DNA of 64,000 nucleotides from Candidatus Heimdallarchaeota archaeon (lineage in GTDB: Archaea; Asgardarchaeota; Heimdallarchaeia; Heimdallarchaeales; Heimdallarchaeaceae), in NCBI GenBank assembly GCA_016840095.1, contig JAEOSZ010000026.1, positions 17,920-81,919 of the forward strand. The letters run 5' to 3'. A program made the translations under genes and the position numbers. Below, one piece after another: positions 23,392-33,629 of this stretch. The notes under the pieces are model-generated. The model saw only the letters and a list, made by a program, of their open reading frames with translations. It was not told where the DNA came from and did no database searches. The first letter of the stretch is position 1. Each line of letters opens with the position of its first letter.

Positions 23392-24801
23392 CTACTTTTT
23401 CTTATCTTTGACAAAGAAAATTAGAGACCAAGGATAGCGAACTGCAATTTTGTCAATAACACCTTTGACTTTTGTTTTTTCAGAAGTATCATCATAAAAA
23501 AGAAGAACAACCTTTCCCCCTCGTCCTCTTCTCATCTTTTGGTAGACTGTTTTTGGAGAATTAACTAAGTCGTAAACAATTATTGCTTCAGTGTGGGGAA
23601 TATCTATATCTCTCTCTCCAACAGGAGACATGACAAGAACAGATCGTTTATCTGTCAACTTAAAGTTTTCAAGAATTTCACCCTTATTCTTGATCTTACC
23701 TGTTATATTGAAGATTTCAAAACCTTCCTTTGTTAAGAGTTGAGATAATGTTTCAACTGTAGAAAGAAACGAACATAGAACAGTGGTTTTCTGGTGTTGT
23801 TTTGCTATACTAACGACTTCTAATTCTTTGCCACTGATTTCTGGGAGACTATCTAGTTCATTTTTTTCAATTCCATATCTCATCAAGTAGTTGCGATAAG
23901 TGTGTGCAGGCATAGAATAAACATATTTTCGAAGAAGAAGGAGTCTGTTTAGTTTTTCAACAAGTTCTGTTTCAACAGAAAGTAGAGGAAGATTATGGTA
24001 GAAGTTCTCTTTTAACTTATTAACATCTTTAGGTGATGTTTCACTTACATCTTGAATGATTTGTTCCCTAATCTCTTCAATTTTTCCGGTTAATAGATTG
24101 ATTATCCTTGCAGTTTTTTCATCTTCTACAGGCTGAATGATGACTTCTGTTTCTTGTATATGGTCCTTGATATCGGTATCAATGAAGTCTTCAATAGTAA
24201 TAACCTCACTATCTGGAATAAATTCTGTAAGTGTTTTCAGCTCATTCCTTAATTGCAGTTGATTGTCATCAAGAACCAGATGTTCATCTCTTAAAGTACC
24301 ACTCATTCCAATTATCTTAGCATTTTCTAGGTTTGGTATTAGTTTACTCCATGGAACACATAAAATTCTTCGGTGAGATACTCTCTTTACAATTTGATCG
24401 ACTTCATTAATTATGATAATATCAATCTCTTCACCTATTTCAGGAAATTTCTGAAGCGTATTCTGAAAAACGATAGGAAGAGACAAAACTACTCTACTGT
24501 TCTCAATGAGATATTTTCTGTATTGGGAATTAGATCCACTTTTGATAATACCTAATCCGTCAATCCCACCGTATTCTTTTTCGATGTACTTGGCAGTTTC
24601 TTCCAATGATGAGTGGGTTTGTAGGAAAACAACTACTTTTTGCTTGTCGAAAATCTCCGTAAGAAGACGGTACATTAAAACTCGTTTGCCCATTCCACAG
24701 TCTAGCTCTAGAATAACACTGTGATTTGATTCAATTAGTGATGATATTTTATCAACAATGAAATTCTGATACTCTCGTGATTCTATGGCCAAACCAATCA
24801 C
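23392..24801 (-). CDS. SF2 (Hef/FANCM-like) helicase homologue with degenerate motifs
   Basis: REYQ Q-motif, LDCGMGKR (I), INEVD (II), MSGT (III), VGERDIDIP (V), YQKMRRGRGG (VI). Confidence 0.75.
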   Translation of the reverse strand: MIGLAIESREYQNFIVDKISSLIESNHSVILELDCGMGKRVLMYRLLTEIFDKQKVVVFLQTHSSLEETAKYIEKEYGGIDGLGIIKSGSNSQYRKYLIENSRVVLSLPIVFQNTLQKFPEIGEEIDIIIINEVDQIVKRVSHRRILCVPWSKLIPNLENAKIIGMSGTLRDEHLVLDDNQLQLRNELKTLTEFIPDSEVITIEDFIDTDIKDHIQETEVIIQPVEDEKTARIINLLTGKIEEIREQIIQDVSETSPKDVNKLKENFYHNLPLLSVETELVEKLNRLLLLRKYVYSMPAHTYRNYLMRYGIEKNELDSLPEISGKELEVVSIAKQHQKTTVLCSFLSTVETLSQLLTKEGFEIFNITGKIKNKGEILENFKLTDKRSVLVMSPVGERDIDIPHTEAIIVYDLVNSPKTVYQKMRRGRGGKVVLLFYDDTSEKTKVKGVIDKIAVRYPWSLIFFVKDKKK

Positions 24802-24857
24802 TTTCTTATCAAGATATTAGTATTTAAAGGGATGATTAACTTACCTATAAATCGAAT

Positions 24858-25673
24858 TTAGTAAAGCATGTTATCCTTAATCTGTTGTTGAAGACCATTA
24901 ATTAGTTTCGATGAAGAATCCGATGTAGCATGCAAATTCAAACCAATAGGCGTGATACTGATACTGTTTTGATTAACCACGGCCCAAGTATCTGTGTTCT
25001 CTGGAAAAGATTCCTTCTTTTCTCCCCATAACCAGAAATATGTTAGATTACGTGGATCTTTCTTCTCAACCATGAAATTATTGTATTTGTAAAGAGCCGG
25101 TGAGGTTATGAACACTTTAGTTTCTTCTGTAATCTGCTGTGGATAATTAACATTAAGAAAAGCTAAATCCTCTGGCCATTCTAATTCTAGAACAATATTG
25201 GCAATTGCAGATGAGATTTTAGCCATTTTATCGAAATTGATACCTTTTTGAATAAACATCTGTGTATCATCTGCAAGATCAGCAGAGAAAGCTATGGCAG
25301 GAACTTTGTTAAAATACGCTTCAAATGCAGCAGCGCATGTACCACTAGTGAGAATAGAATGTATTGAGGAATTATCACCATAGTTTATACCACTAACAAC
25401 GAGATCGGGTTTTCTTTTTAGTAAATGAAACCCAACTAATACATTATCGGCCGGAGAACCAGTTGTACTATATCCCTTTGTACCATCTTCATAAGCTACA
25501 GTAGAGTAAGTAATTGGTTTATGAAAAGTTAGAGCTTTTGAAATCGCTGAACTAGCCTCAGCAGGAGCAAAACATACAACTTTCGCAATTTGGCTTAATT
25601 CAGATCTTAATGCATTTAGTCCTACAGATTTTATGCCATCGTCGTTTGTAAGTAAAATAAGTTTGTTTTTCAC
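24858..25673 (-). CDS. surE: 5'/3'-nucleotidase SurE
   Basis: LLTNDDG, GSPAD, VVSGINYGDN, SGTCAAA. Confidence 0.95.
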   Translation of the reverse strand: MKNKLILLTNDDGIKSVGLNALRSELSQIAKVVCFAPAEASSAISKALTFHKPITYSTVAYEDGTKGYSTTGSPADNVLVGFHLLKRKPDLVVSGINYGDNSSIHSILTSGTCAAAFEAYFNKVPAIAFSADLADDTQMFIQKGINFDKMAKISSAIANIVLELEWPEDLAFLNVNYPQQITEETKVFITSPALYKYNNFMVEKKDPRNLTYFWLWGEKKESFPENTDTWAVVNQNSISITPIGLNLHATSDSSSKLINGLQQQIKDNMLY

Positions 25674-25784
25674 ATTTTTGTTTTTGTTAGATATTTGTTA
25701 AATTTTGTCCTTAAGGGGAAATTTTGATAAATGATAAGGTTAAAAATGTGAACGTTCGAAGTTTATGACGAAGGTGTCAGTTCA

Positions 25785-28487
25785 ATGACAGAAAAATACG
25801 TTTACAAATTTTTCAATAAAGAAGTCTGCGAAGGAAGCGCAGATATGAAGAACTTACTTGGAGGTAAAGGTGCTAATTTATCAGAAATGACCTCATTAGG
25901 TTTACCAATACCCCCAGGATTTGTTGTTTCTACCCAAGCTTGCCTTCATTATTTAGATAATAATGAAGAATACCCTCAAGGATTAAAGGAAGAAGTAGAT
26001 GAAACATTAACTGCTTTAGAGAATCTTATGGGTAAAAAACTGGGAGATAACGAAGACCCATTACTTGTATCTGTTAGATCAGGAGCAAGAATTTCAATGC
26101 CAGGTATGATGGATACAGTACTAAATCTAGGTCTCAATGATGACTCTGTTGAAGGATTAGCAAGAGTATCTGACGATCCAAGGTTTGCTTATGATTCTTA
26201 TAGACGATTCATGTATATGTATGCGGATGTTGTAAAAGGTGTAAGTAAAGAGTATTTCGAAAAAGAATTACAAAAGCTCAAACATGAGCTTGGTATAGAA
26301 AATGATACTGAGATACCAGCTGAAGAGCTTAAGAAACTAATACAGAAATACAAAGAAATTTACAAAGAACACATGGGAGAAGAATTTCCTCAGGACCCAA
26401 GACAACAACTAGATGATGCTATACGTGCTGTTTTCAGAAGTTGGAATACAAAAAGAGCTATAGATTACAGAAATCATCAAGGTATAGCTCATGATTTAGG
26501 CACTGCTGTAAATGTTATGACAATGATTTATGGTAATCTTGGAGAGACATCAGCTACTGGAGTTGCATTCACACGAAATCCATCTGACGGAGAGAAAAAA
26601 CTTTACGGTGAATATTTAGTTAATGCACAAGGGGAAGATGTTGTAGCTGGAATTCGAACTCCCGAACCAATAGAAAATCTGAAAGCTACAATGCCAGAAT
26701 TGTATAATGAATTGGATAAAATCTCTCTACTATTAGAAGATAGATACCGTGATATGCAAGATACAGAATTTACAATTCAACAAGGAAAGCTCTACATGCT
26801 TCAAACAAGAAATGGTAAAAGGACAGGTATTGCTGCAGGTCAAATTGCTTATGATTTAGTCCAAGAAGGAGTAATTACAAAAGAAGAAGCAATTCTCAGA
26901 ATAGGACCAAGTGATGTAGAGAATGCTCTGTTCCCATCAGTAGATTGGGGACAAATAGATCCAAATGCACCAGTTAAACAAATCAAGGAACATCTAAAAG
27001 ATAAGTTTCTTGGGGCAGGATTACCTGCTGGAGCTGCTGCTGCAACAGGCAAAGCAATATTTAATGCTGATAAAGCAGAAGAAGTTGCTAAACAGGGTCA
27101 AGATGTGATTTTGGTAAGAGTTGAAACAACTCCTGAAGATTTCCATGGGATGGCAGCAAGTAAAGGTATCCTAACAATGAAAGGTGGTTTAACCAGTCAT
27201 GCTGCAATTGTTGCAAGACAAATAGGTAAAGCCTGTATTGTAGGCAGTGAAAAAGGTGGAATTTCTGTTGACGTAGAAAAGAAAGAGCTTTCTGCTAATG
27301 GTTTGATAGTAAATGAAGGAGATTGGATTACAATAGACGGAGAAGATGGATCAGTTTATGCAGATAAATTGCCAACACGTCCAGCAGAATTGCCTGAATC
27401 AATGAGGACTATTTTAAACTGGTGTGATCAAACTGCAAAAATTGGTGTCAGAGCTAATGCTGATAAACCAGATCAATTCAAAAAAGCACTTGAGTTTGGT
27501 GCAAAAGGAATTGGTTTGTGTAGAACAGAACATATGTTCTTTGACAATCTAGATTTGGTAAGAGGTATGATCTTAGCTAAAAACGATGAAGACCGTAAGC
27601 ACTATGTTGATCAACTTGAACCTGTTCAACAAAAGGATTTTGAAGGTATTTTTGATGTATCAGAAGGTCACCCTGTCATTATTCGATTGATTGACCCACC
27701 ACTTCATGAGTTCTTACCAAGTGAAGAGGAACTGCTGATTGAAATCTACGAAGAGAAATTACAAGGAAAAACTGATGACGATTTGAAAGAGCAACTAGAC
27801 ATGCTAGATGTTGTTCGTGAAATGAAAGAACAAAATCCAATGCTTGGTCTCAGAGGTTGTAGATTGGGTATCACTATGCCTATTGTAACTGAAATGCAAG
27901 CTCGTGCAATATTCAAAGCATCTGCTAAAATTCTAAAGAGTGGCAAACCAGTTTATCCTGAAGTAATGGTTCCACTTGTTGGATTTGAGAAAGAATTTCT
28001 TAATCAAAGAGTAATTATTGATCGTGTAGCTAAAGAAGTAATGCTCGAAGAGGCTATTGATTTCAAATACCTTGTTGGAACAATGATAGAAGTTCCAAGA
28101 GCATCTCTAACAAGCAAGGAGATTGCTGGTGGAGATCAAGGGGCACAATTTTTCAGTTTTGGTACAAACGACCTTCATCAAATGACACTTGGTTTTAGTA
28201 GAGATGATGCTGGACCATTCATTTCAAAATATATGGAAATGGGTATTCTAAAGTCAGATCCATTTGTTTCCATTGAAGAAACAGGTGTAGGTCGTCTGAT
28301 GAAGATGACTGTAGATGAAGGGAAAGAAGCAAATCCAAACCTTGAATTGGGAATTTGCGGAGAACAGGGCGGGGATCCCAAATCTATTGATTTCTGTTAC
28401 AGAATTGGTTTAGACTATGTCTCTTGCAGTCCATTTAGGGTGCCAATAGCTCGTTTAGCCGCAGCTCACGCTACACTGAAGAACTAA
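25785..28487 (+). CDS. ppdK: Pyruvate, phosphate dikinase
   Basis: LGGKGANL, SVRSGA..SMPGMMDT, GGLTSHAA (phospho-His), FSFGTNDL, YVSCSPFRVP. Confidence 0.98.
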   Translation: MTEKYVYKFFNKEVCEGSADMKNLLGGKGANLSEMTSLGLPIPPGFVVSTQACLHYLDNNEEYPQGLKEEVDETLTALENLMGKKLGDNEDPLLVSVRSGARISMPGMMDTVLNLGLNDDSVEGLARVSDDPRFAYDSYRRFMYMYADVVKGVSKEYFEKELQKLKHELGIENDTEIPAEELKKLIQKYKEIYKEHMGEEFPQDPRQQLDDAIRAVFRSWNTKRAIDYRNHQGIAHDLGTAVNVMTMIYGNLGETSATGVAFTRNPSDGEKKLYGEYLVNAQGEDVVAGIRTPEPIENLKATMPELYNELDKISLLLEDRYRDMQDTEFTIQQGKLYMLQTRNGKRTGIAAGQIAYDLVQEGVITKEEAILRIGPSDVENALFPSVDWGQIDPNAPVKQIKEHLKDKFLGAGLPAGAAAATGKAIFNADKAEEVAKQGQDVILVRVETTPEDFHGMAASKGILTMKGGLTSHAAIVARQIGKACIVGSEKGGISVDVEKKELSANGLIVNEGDWITIDGEDGSVYADKLPTRPAELPESMRTILNWCDQTAKIGVRANADKPDQFKKALEFGAKGIGLCRTEHMFFDNLDLVRGMILAKNDEDRKHYVDQLEPVQQKDFEGIFDVSEGHPVIIRLIDPPLHEFLPSEEELLIEIYEEKLQGKTDDDLKEQLDMLDVVREMKEQNPMLGLRGCRLGITMPIVTEMQARAIFKASAKILKSGKPVYPEVMVPLVGFEKEFLNQRVIIDRVAKEVMLEEAIDFKYLVGTMIEVPRASLTSKEIAGGDQGAQFFSFGTNDLHQMTLGFSRDDAGPFISKYMEMGILKSDPFVSIEETGVGRLMKMTVDEGKEANPNLELGICGEQGGDPKSIDFCYRIGLDYVSCSPFRVPIARLAAAHATLKN

Positions 28488-28491
28488 CACT

Positions 28492-28518
28492 CTTCTTTTT
28501 TCCTATTTTTTTAATTTT
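28492..28518 (+). terminator. T-rich archaeal terminator tract after ppdK
   Basis: Pyrimidine tract CTTCTTTTTTCCTATTTTTTTAATTTT immediately after the stop, at a convergent junction. Confidence 0.5.
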
Positions 28519-29468
28519 CAAAGTGAAATTATTCTATCAATACTGTCTAAGAAGAATCCTACATCTTCAATAAATTCGAATAAAAGTCTTACAAGATCTG
28601 ATTTCAGTGATGTTCTATGCAGTGCAATAAGTTCATCTAGCATTTGGATATTGGTTTTAGTATTAGAAAACTCTGTGTAAATGCCAATAATATCTTTTTC
28701 TTGAAGAGTGCTAAGTAGAGTTTCAAGAATTTCTAAAATGAAATATATCTTGTTATTGATGTCCCCTGATTCACCATAACTCTCCAACATTATTTTTGTA
28801 GATATCTCTTGAGCTTTTGTTGCTATGTCTTCATAAGCAATATCTAGCATTTCAACAACTAGATCATCAATTAGGAGTTCATCTGCTTTCTCCTCAGTAG
28901 GAACGTCTGAAACATCAAGTCTTTTTGTGGTTTCTTTAATTTCCTCATCTAACCATTTAACAAAAGAAGGAGTGATAATTGGTTTTCTCTCAAGGAGTGT
29001 ATCTGCAGAAGTGAAATCTTCTTGTTTTGGTTTTAGATTAAAATATTCTTCTTTGATTTGAGAATGAGTTGTATATTCAGGATAATTATCATACACATAT
29101 TCAATTAATTGACGTAAACTGTAATTTTTGAAATCATAGCAAAGATCTTGAATAACTTGATCATATATCTCTCCAAAGTCGTTTTCAAGCAAATATTGTT
29201 CTCCATACTCAGTAATTTGATAACGGTGGAAAACCTCTGCACTTGCTTTTTCAACTTCTTCGTGTTCAATGTACCCGTAGTCTATAAGGTGCTGAATGTC
29301 TTGTTGTACAACTTGACAATAAGGACCAAATTTAAACGGAATGAAATCATATTCTGTTTTGATGTGGTAATTCTTTTCTAAAAGGAAGATTAATTTTTGA
29401 AACTGTACTCTCCCATTAACGAATCCCATGTGTTTTAACAGCAGAAGCAACGTTGCATAACGGGACAT
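28518..29468 (-). CDS. YwgA/SocA(DUF4065, Panacea)-like N-terminal domain fused to an acidic helical domain
   Basis: GRVQFQKLIFLL...YDFIPFKFGPY...YQITEYG...YVYDNYPEY pattern. Confidence 0.6.
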   Translation of the reverse strand: MSRYATLLLLLKHMGFVNGRVQFQKLIFLLEKNYHIKTEYDFIPFKFGPYCQVVQQDIQHLIDYGYIEHEEVEKASAEVFHRYQITEYGEQYLLENDFGEIYDQVIQDLCYDFKNYSLRQLIEYVYDNYPEYTTHSQIKEEYFNLKPKQEDFTSADTLLERKPIITPSFVKWLDEEIKETTKRLDVSDVPTEEKADELLIDDLVVEMLDIAYEDIATKAQEISTKIMLESYGESGDINNKIYFILEILETLLSTLQEKDIIGIYTEFSNTKTNIQMLDELIALHRTSLKSDLVRLLFEFIEDVGFFLDSIDRIISL

Positions 29469-29540
29469 CTTAATATATTAACTTGAAATTAGTATTTAAA
29501 CTCATAAAAACATAAAGGACATGATTTTGAGGTCTATTTT

Positions 29541-30656
29541 TCAAGAAATTACCCTATAAACAATGCTTTCATGATATCCTGTGATGACAACGACATAACC
29601 ACTTAACAGCTGATTTATTTCGTTTTCTCCTGAATCTACCAATAGGGGGGCACCATATAGTGAGTTTATTTTGTGGCTTGTTGCGATTATAATTATATTC
29701 TCTCTTCCAACTTCTCTAATTATCTCTGGGCTTATTTGTTGATTACCTCTTCCAAACAAAAAACCTTGTCCCCCAATTGGGGTAACTATTATCTTAGTTT
29801 TCTTTCCTCTTATATGTTCAAGTAATTTCTCTTCATTTAGATCCGCCCCTAGTAAGTTTCTTCCATATAGAAGATCTACACCTAATAGTGAAAAATCAAG
29901 TTGTAATTTCTCCATGATGGTTCTAGTTGTTGTTCCAGGACCTAAAATGTAGAAGCATTCTTCCTCTAACTCATCAATTATTTTTTGAGCTATTGCTTCT
30001 TGATAGTATCTCTCAGTTGGAGGACTCCCCATTTTCAACCCTTGAACGTGTCTTCTAGCAAAAGGTACTTTCAAATAACCCAATAGTTTTGCAGAAACAA
30101 ATCCTTCTCTAAAAGCTTCTTCATCAACATCCATAACTTCAGCCTCTCTTAGCTCTCTTGTTCTACCTTGAAGATAAAGTAAAGATAAGTCACCAGCCCT
30201 CATTGGATTTTGAGCAAAAACAGCCGAATGGATTTTAACGCCAGTTGGAATTCCTAAAACGACCATTTCATCTCCAATAATATCATAGATGTCTTTTGCT
30301 GTGCCATCTCCTCCTGAGAAAAGAAGGAGATCTATTTTCAAACTGAGTAAATCTCTACAAGCTTGTTTGGTGTCTTCACCTGTGGTTTTTCCTGTAACTA
30401 TAGTACCTATGACCTTTGTATTAAACCCACATTGTTTTGCTACATCCTCCCCCATCTCCTTGGGGTAAGTTATTATTTCAATAAAATCCTTGAATGAAGT
30501 GAGTCTTTCTAAAGCCTCAAGTGTACGTTGGGGTGATTCTTGTTCTGCACCTAATAATTTAGCTTTCTCTAATATTGTCTGACCATCAGTTCCTTTAAGT
30601 CCAACTTTTCCACCCATACCCGCAATAGGGTTTACTATCAAACCAACTTTTTTCAT
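29541..30656 (-). CDS. ATP-NAD kinase/AcoX-like family protein
   Basis: GLIVNPIAGMGG, GGDGTA, LGIPTGVKIHS, GGQGFLFGRGNQQ. Confidence 0.88.
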   Translation of the reverse strand: MKKVGLIVNPIAGMGGKVGLKGTDGQTILEKAKLLGAEQESPQRTLEALERLTSFKDFIEIITYPKEMGEDVAKQCGFNTKVIGTIVTGKTTGEDTKQACRDLLSLKIDLLLFSGGDGTAKDIYDIIGDEMVVLGIPTGVKIHSAVFAQNPMRAGDLSLLYLQGRTRELREAEVMDVDEEAFREGFVSAKLLGYLKVPFARRHVQGLKMGSPPTERYYQEAIAQKIIDELEEECFYILGPGTTTRTIMEKLQLDFSLLGVDLLYGRNLLGADLNEEKLLEHIRGKKTKIIVTPIGGQGFLFGRGNQQISPEIIREVGRENIIIIATSHKINSLYGAPLLVDSGENEINQLLSGYVVVITGYHESIVYRVIS

Positions 30657-30672
30657 TCAAACCAACCATTTG

Positions 30673-32226
30673 TTATTTCTTTTTATTTTTCCTTAAATGT
30701 GCTCTCCAAGTTATAGCCCATCTGTCTGGATCATCTAGTGGTTCATAGTCAATTTTATGTACTACACTTCTGTGAGGAGCGGTCTTAACTAACTCTGGAT
30801 TTTCATATGCTTCATTTACGACCTTCTTCAAGCCTGCAATATATTCATCAATCTCAGCTTTGGAATAAGATTCTGTAGGTTCTAGAGTGAAAGGTTGAGG
30901 AACAATGAAAGGATGATGACTAGACCACATGTGAAAACCGAAATCAACCATTCGACATGTTACATCTTCTGTTGTAATTCCTGTTTCTTTGTAAAGTTCC
31001 TCCCAACTATAACGAACTTGTTCAATTCTGTGTCTTCCTTCTGCATAAGGTGCACTAGCACCTCGAAGTTCTAGAACTTTCTTTAAAAGATAATTATTGT
31101 TGAGTACAGCGATTTCAGCTACTTCTCGTAATCCTTCACCACCTAAACTCATTATCCATGAATAAGCTTTCAGAATAGCTGGAACAACTCCATGAAAAGC
31201 TCTAACTTTACCAATGCTTTTTGGAACTTCATTATTCAGGTAGTATTTATCTCCATCAAACTCGACTAAGGGTATTGGAAGATATTTTACAAATTCCTCT
31301 GTAGTTCCAAGAGCTCCCGCAGACGGACCACCGCATCCATGAGGGGAAGAGAATGTTTTATGTAGATTGAAGAAACAGAGATCAAATCCAGCTTCTTTTG
31401 CTCTAGTAATTCCTAAGATGCCATTAGCATTAGCTTGATCATAACCACAAACACCACCAGCTTCATGAACTATTCTTGTAAATTCCTTTATCTTAGGATT
31501 GAAAATACCTGTGTCTTCAGGATTGGTAATCAATAGTCCTGCAGTACGCTCTGAAATAGCTGTTTCTAGGGCTTCTACAGCAGGTAACCCATCCTCATTT
31601 GGATAAATGTTAATTATCTTATATCCTTTTACAATTGGTGCAGCAGCATCTGAAGGATGAGAAAACATGGTAGTTATGATTTCATTGCGTTTTTCAGCTT
31701 CACCATTAACCTCATGATGAGCATGTATAATAGAAGCAATAGCAAATATTGCTTGACTTCCGCTAGCTGGTTGGAAAGAGAATTTATCTAAGCCTGAAAT
31801 TTCTCTTAGATATAAATCTAACTTGTAAATTATTTCTAGAATTCCTTGAACTGTAGATTCATCTTGTGAAGGGTGAAGCTCTGTAAACCTTAAATCTGTA
31901 GCAAATTTTTCATTTATTTTAGGGCTATACTTCATTGTACATGTTCCTTGACCAATATCAACATTGAAGTCGGCACCTAATGTTTGTTGTGACATTCGGA
32001 GGTAGTGCTTGAGTACTTGCATTTGAGAGAGTTCTGGGAGTTTAGGAGGTTGATCTCTTATCATATTTTGGGGAAGACTAGATATTCCGTCACCCACAAG
32101 TTCTTCTATTTCTTTTTCAATCTCAGGAAATAGAATACCTCGTTCTCCTTTGTTACTTAATTCAAAAATTACTGGTTCGTCCCATTTAGCTTGATGGAAA
32201 TTTCTTACTTTGATCTCCCTACTCAT
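30673..32226 (-). CDS. gcvPB: Glycine-cleavage P-protein beta-subunit homologue (divergent GcvPB)
   Basis: GTCTMKYSP, NLHKTFSSPHGCGGP (PLP Lys), EPTES. Confidence 0.88.
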   Translation of the reverse strand: MSREIKVRNFHQAKWDEPVIFELSNKGERGILFPEIEKEIEELVGDGISSLPQNMIRDQPPKLPELSQMQVLKHYLRMSQQTLGADFNVDIGQGTCTMKYSPKINEKFATDLRFTELHPSQDESTVQGILEIIYKLDLYLREISGLDKFSFQPASGSQAIFAIASIIHAHHEVNGEAEKRNEIITTMFSHPSDAAAPIVKGYKIINIYPNEDGLPAVEALETAISERTAGLLITNPEDTGIFNPKIKEFTRIVHEAGGVCGYDQANANGILGITRAKEAGFDLCFFNLHKTFSSPHGCGGPSAGALGTTEEFVKYLPIPLVEFDGDKYYLNNEVPKSIGKVRAFHGVVPAILKAYSWIMSLGGEGLREVAEIAVLNNNYLLKKVLELRGASAPYAEGRHRIEQVRYSWEELYKETGITTEDVTCRMVDFGFHMWSSHHPFIVPQPFTLEPTESYSKAEIDEYIAGLKKVVNEAYENPELVKTAPHRSVVHKIDYEPLDDPDRWAITWRAHLRKNKKK

Positions 32227-33629
32227 TTTAATCCCTCCTTATTCAATATCACGTTTATCGTCTGAACAAGTCTGTCAATGTCTTCTTTAGAATGAACTTC
32301 AGTTATACAGTAAACAGCACAGTTTCCTAAATCAGGAAAGTCTCTAGAAATATCTTTTCCACCAAAAATCCCCTTTTCTAGTAAATCTTTGTTCACTTCT
32401 TCAATTGTTTTTCCAGTGCTACTAAAATCTACAACAAATTCCTTAAAATGAGATGAATTAGCAAACGGAATGTTTATCCCTTCGATTTCTGAAATTCTTT
32501 TGATTGCATATTGAGATTTTTGTAGAATTAATTGACCTAAGTCTTTCATTCCTTGTGGACCAGTAAGAGCCAGATATACACCAGCAGTTATTCCCCAAAG
32601 TGCTGCAGCAGTACCAACAAATTCTTTACCTTCAATTCTATCATGAAAAGATGTTCTGTCATAAGTAACATCGCCAAATCCATGTTCTCCCTCAACAGCT
32701 GTTGTTGTTATACCAAAAAGACGTGAAGGGTACTCCATTACATATTGCTCTTCATCTCTAGTAGCAATAAAACCTGCTAAGCTTCCTCCATATTGCATAT
32801 GCATACCTAATCCTTGGATATCACCACAGACAATATCTGCACCATAGTTGCTTGGAGGAGTTAATACCCCTAAGGAAACAGGATCAATTCCTACAATACT
32901 TAGAGCACCATTTGTATGAGCAATGTCTGAGATAATCTTGCCTTGGTCTTCTATACAACCAAGATATGAAGGATTCTCAAAATAGATGGCAGCTGTATTA
33001 GATGATATCTTTTCCTTTAAATCATTGATATCAATCTTTCCAGTTTCTTTATCAAACTTAATCAACTGAACTCTGATTATAGGTTTACAATAGTTTCTGA
33101 TTATAGAAAGTCTATCAGGTGAGATAGATTCTGCGATTAATACTTCTGTACGTCTTGTAATTCTAGCTGCCATTCTCATTGAAGTGCTAGCAGCTTGACC
33201 CCAATCATATGTTGGCACATTGACTACATCCATTTCTAGAAGTTCTCCCATCATACTTGCATACTCAAATAATGCTTGAAATCTTCCATGATCTTCATAG
33301 GGTTCTCCCGCATAAGCAGTTAGAAATTCTGAACGTTGATTAATTTCATCACATATTGCAGGAACAAAGTGTTGCCAACAACCCCCTCCTAAGAAACTTA
33401 AATTCTCTTGGCAAGTTTGGTTTTTTGCAAGAATTTGGTCAACATGTCTTTTGAGCTCATATTCTGAGAGCAGAGGTTCTGGTAAATTCAGCTCACCCTT
33501 AAATCTCAAATCTTCAGGAATGTCTTCATATAATTCTTCTATACTACTTACTCCGATTTCATCTAGCATTTGTTTTTTTATTTCTGGAACTGAATTAGGA
33601 ATGTAAGGATGAACTGTTTTTTTGCTCAT
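32223..33629 (-). CDS. gcvPA: Glycine-cleavage P-protein alpha-subunit homologue (divergent GcvPA)
   Basis: HPYIP..MLDEIG, SFLGGG, EFLTAY, GADIVCGD.Q.LG, CITEVH; 4-bp overlap with gcvPB. Confidence 0.88.
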   Translation of the reverse strand: MSKKTVHPYIPNSVPEIKKQMLDEIGVSSIEELYEDIPEDLRFKGELNLPEPLLSEYELKRHVDQILAKNQTCQENLSFLGGGCWQHFVPAICDEINQRSEFLTAYAGEPYEDHGRFQALFEYASMMGELLEMDVVNVPTYDWGQAASTSMRMAARITRRTEVLIAESISPDRLSIIRNYCKPIIRVQLIKFDKETGKIDINDLKEKISSNTAAIYFENPSYLGCIEDQGKIISDIAHTNGALSIVGIDPVSLGVLTPPSNYGADIVCGDIQGLGMHMQYGGSLAGFIATRDEEQYVMEYPSRLFGITTTAVEGEHGFGDVTYDRTSFHDRIEGKEFVGTAAALWGITAGVYLALTGPQGMKDLGQLILQKSQYAIKRISEIEGINIPFANSSHFKEFVVDFSSTGKTIEEVNKDLLEKGIFGGKDISRDFPDLGNCAVYCITEVHSKEDIDRLVQTINVILNKEGLK

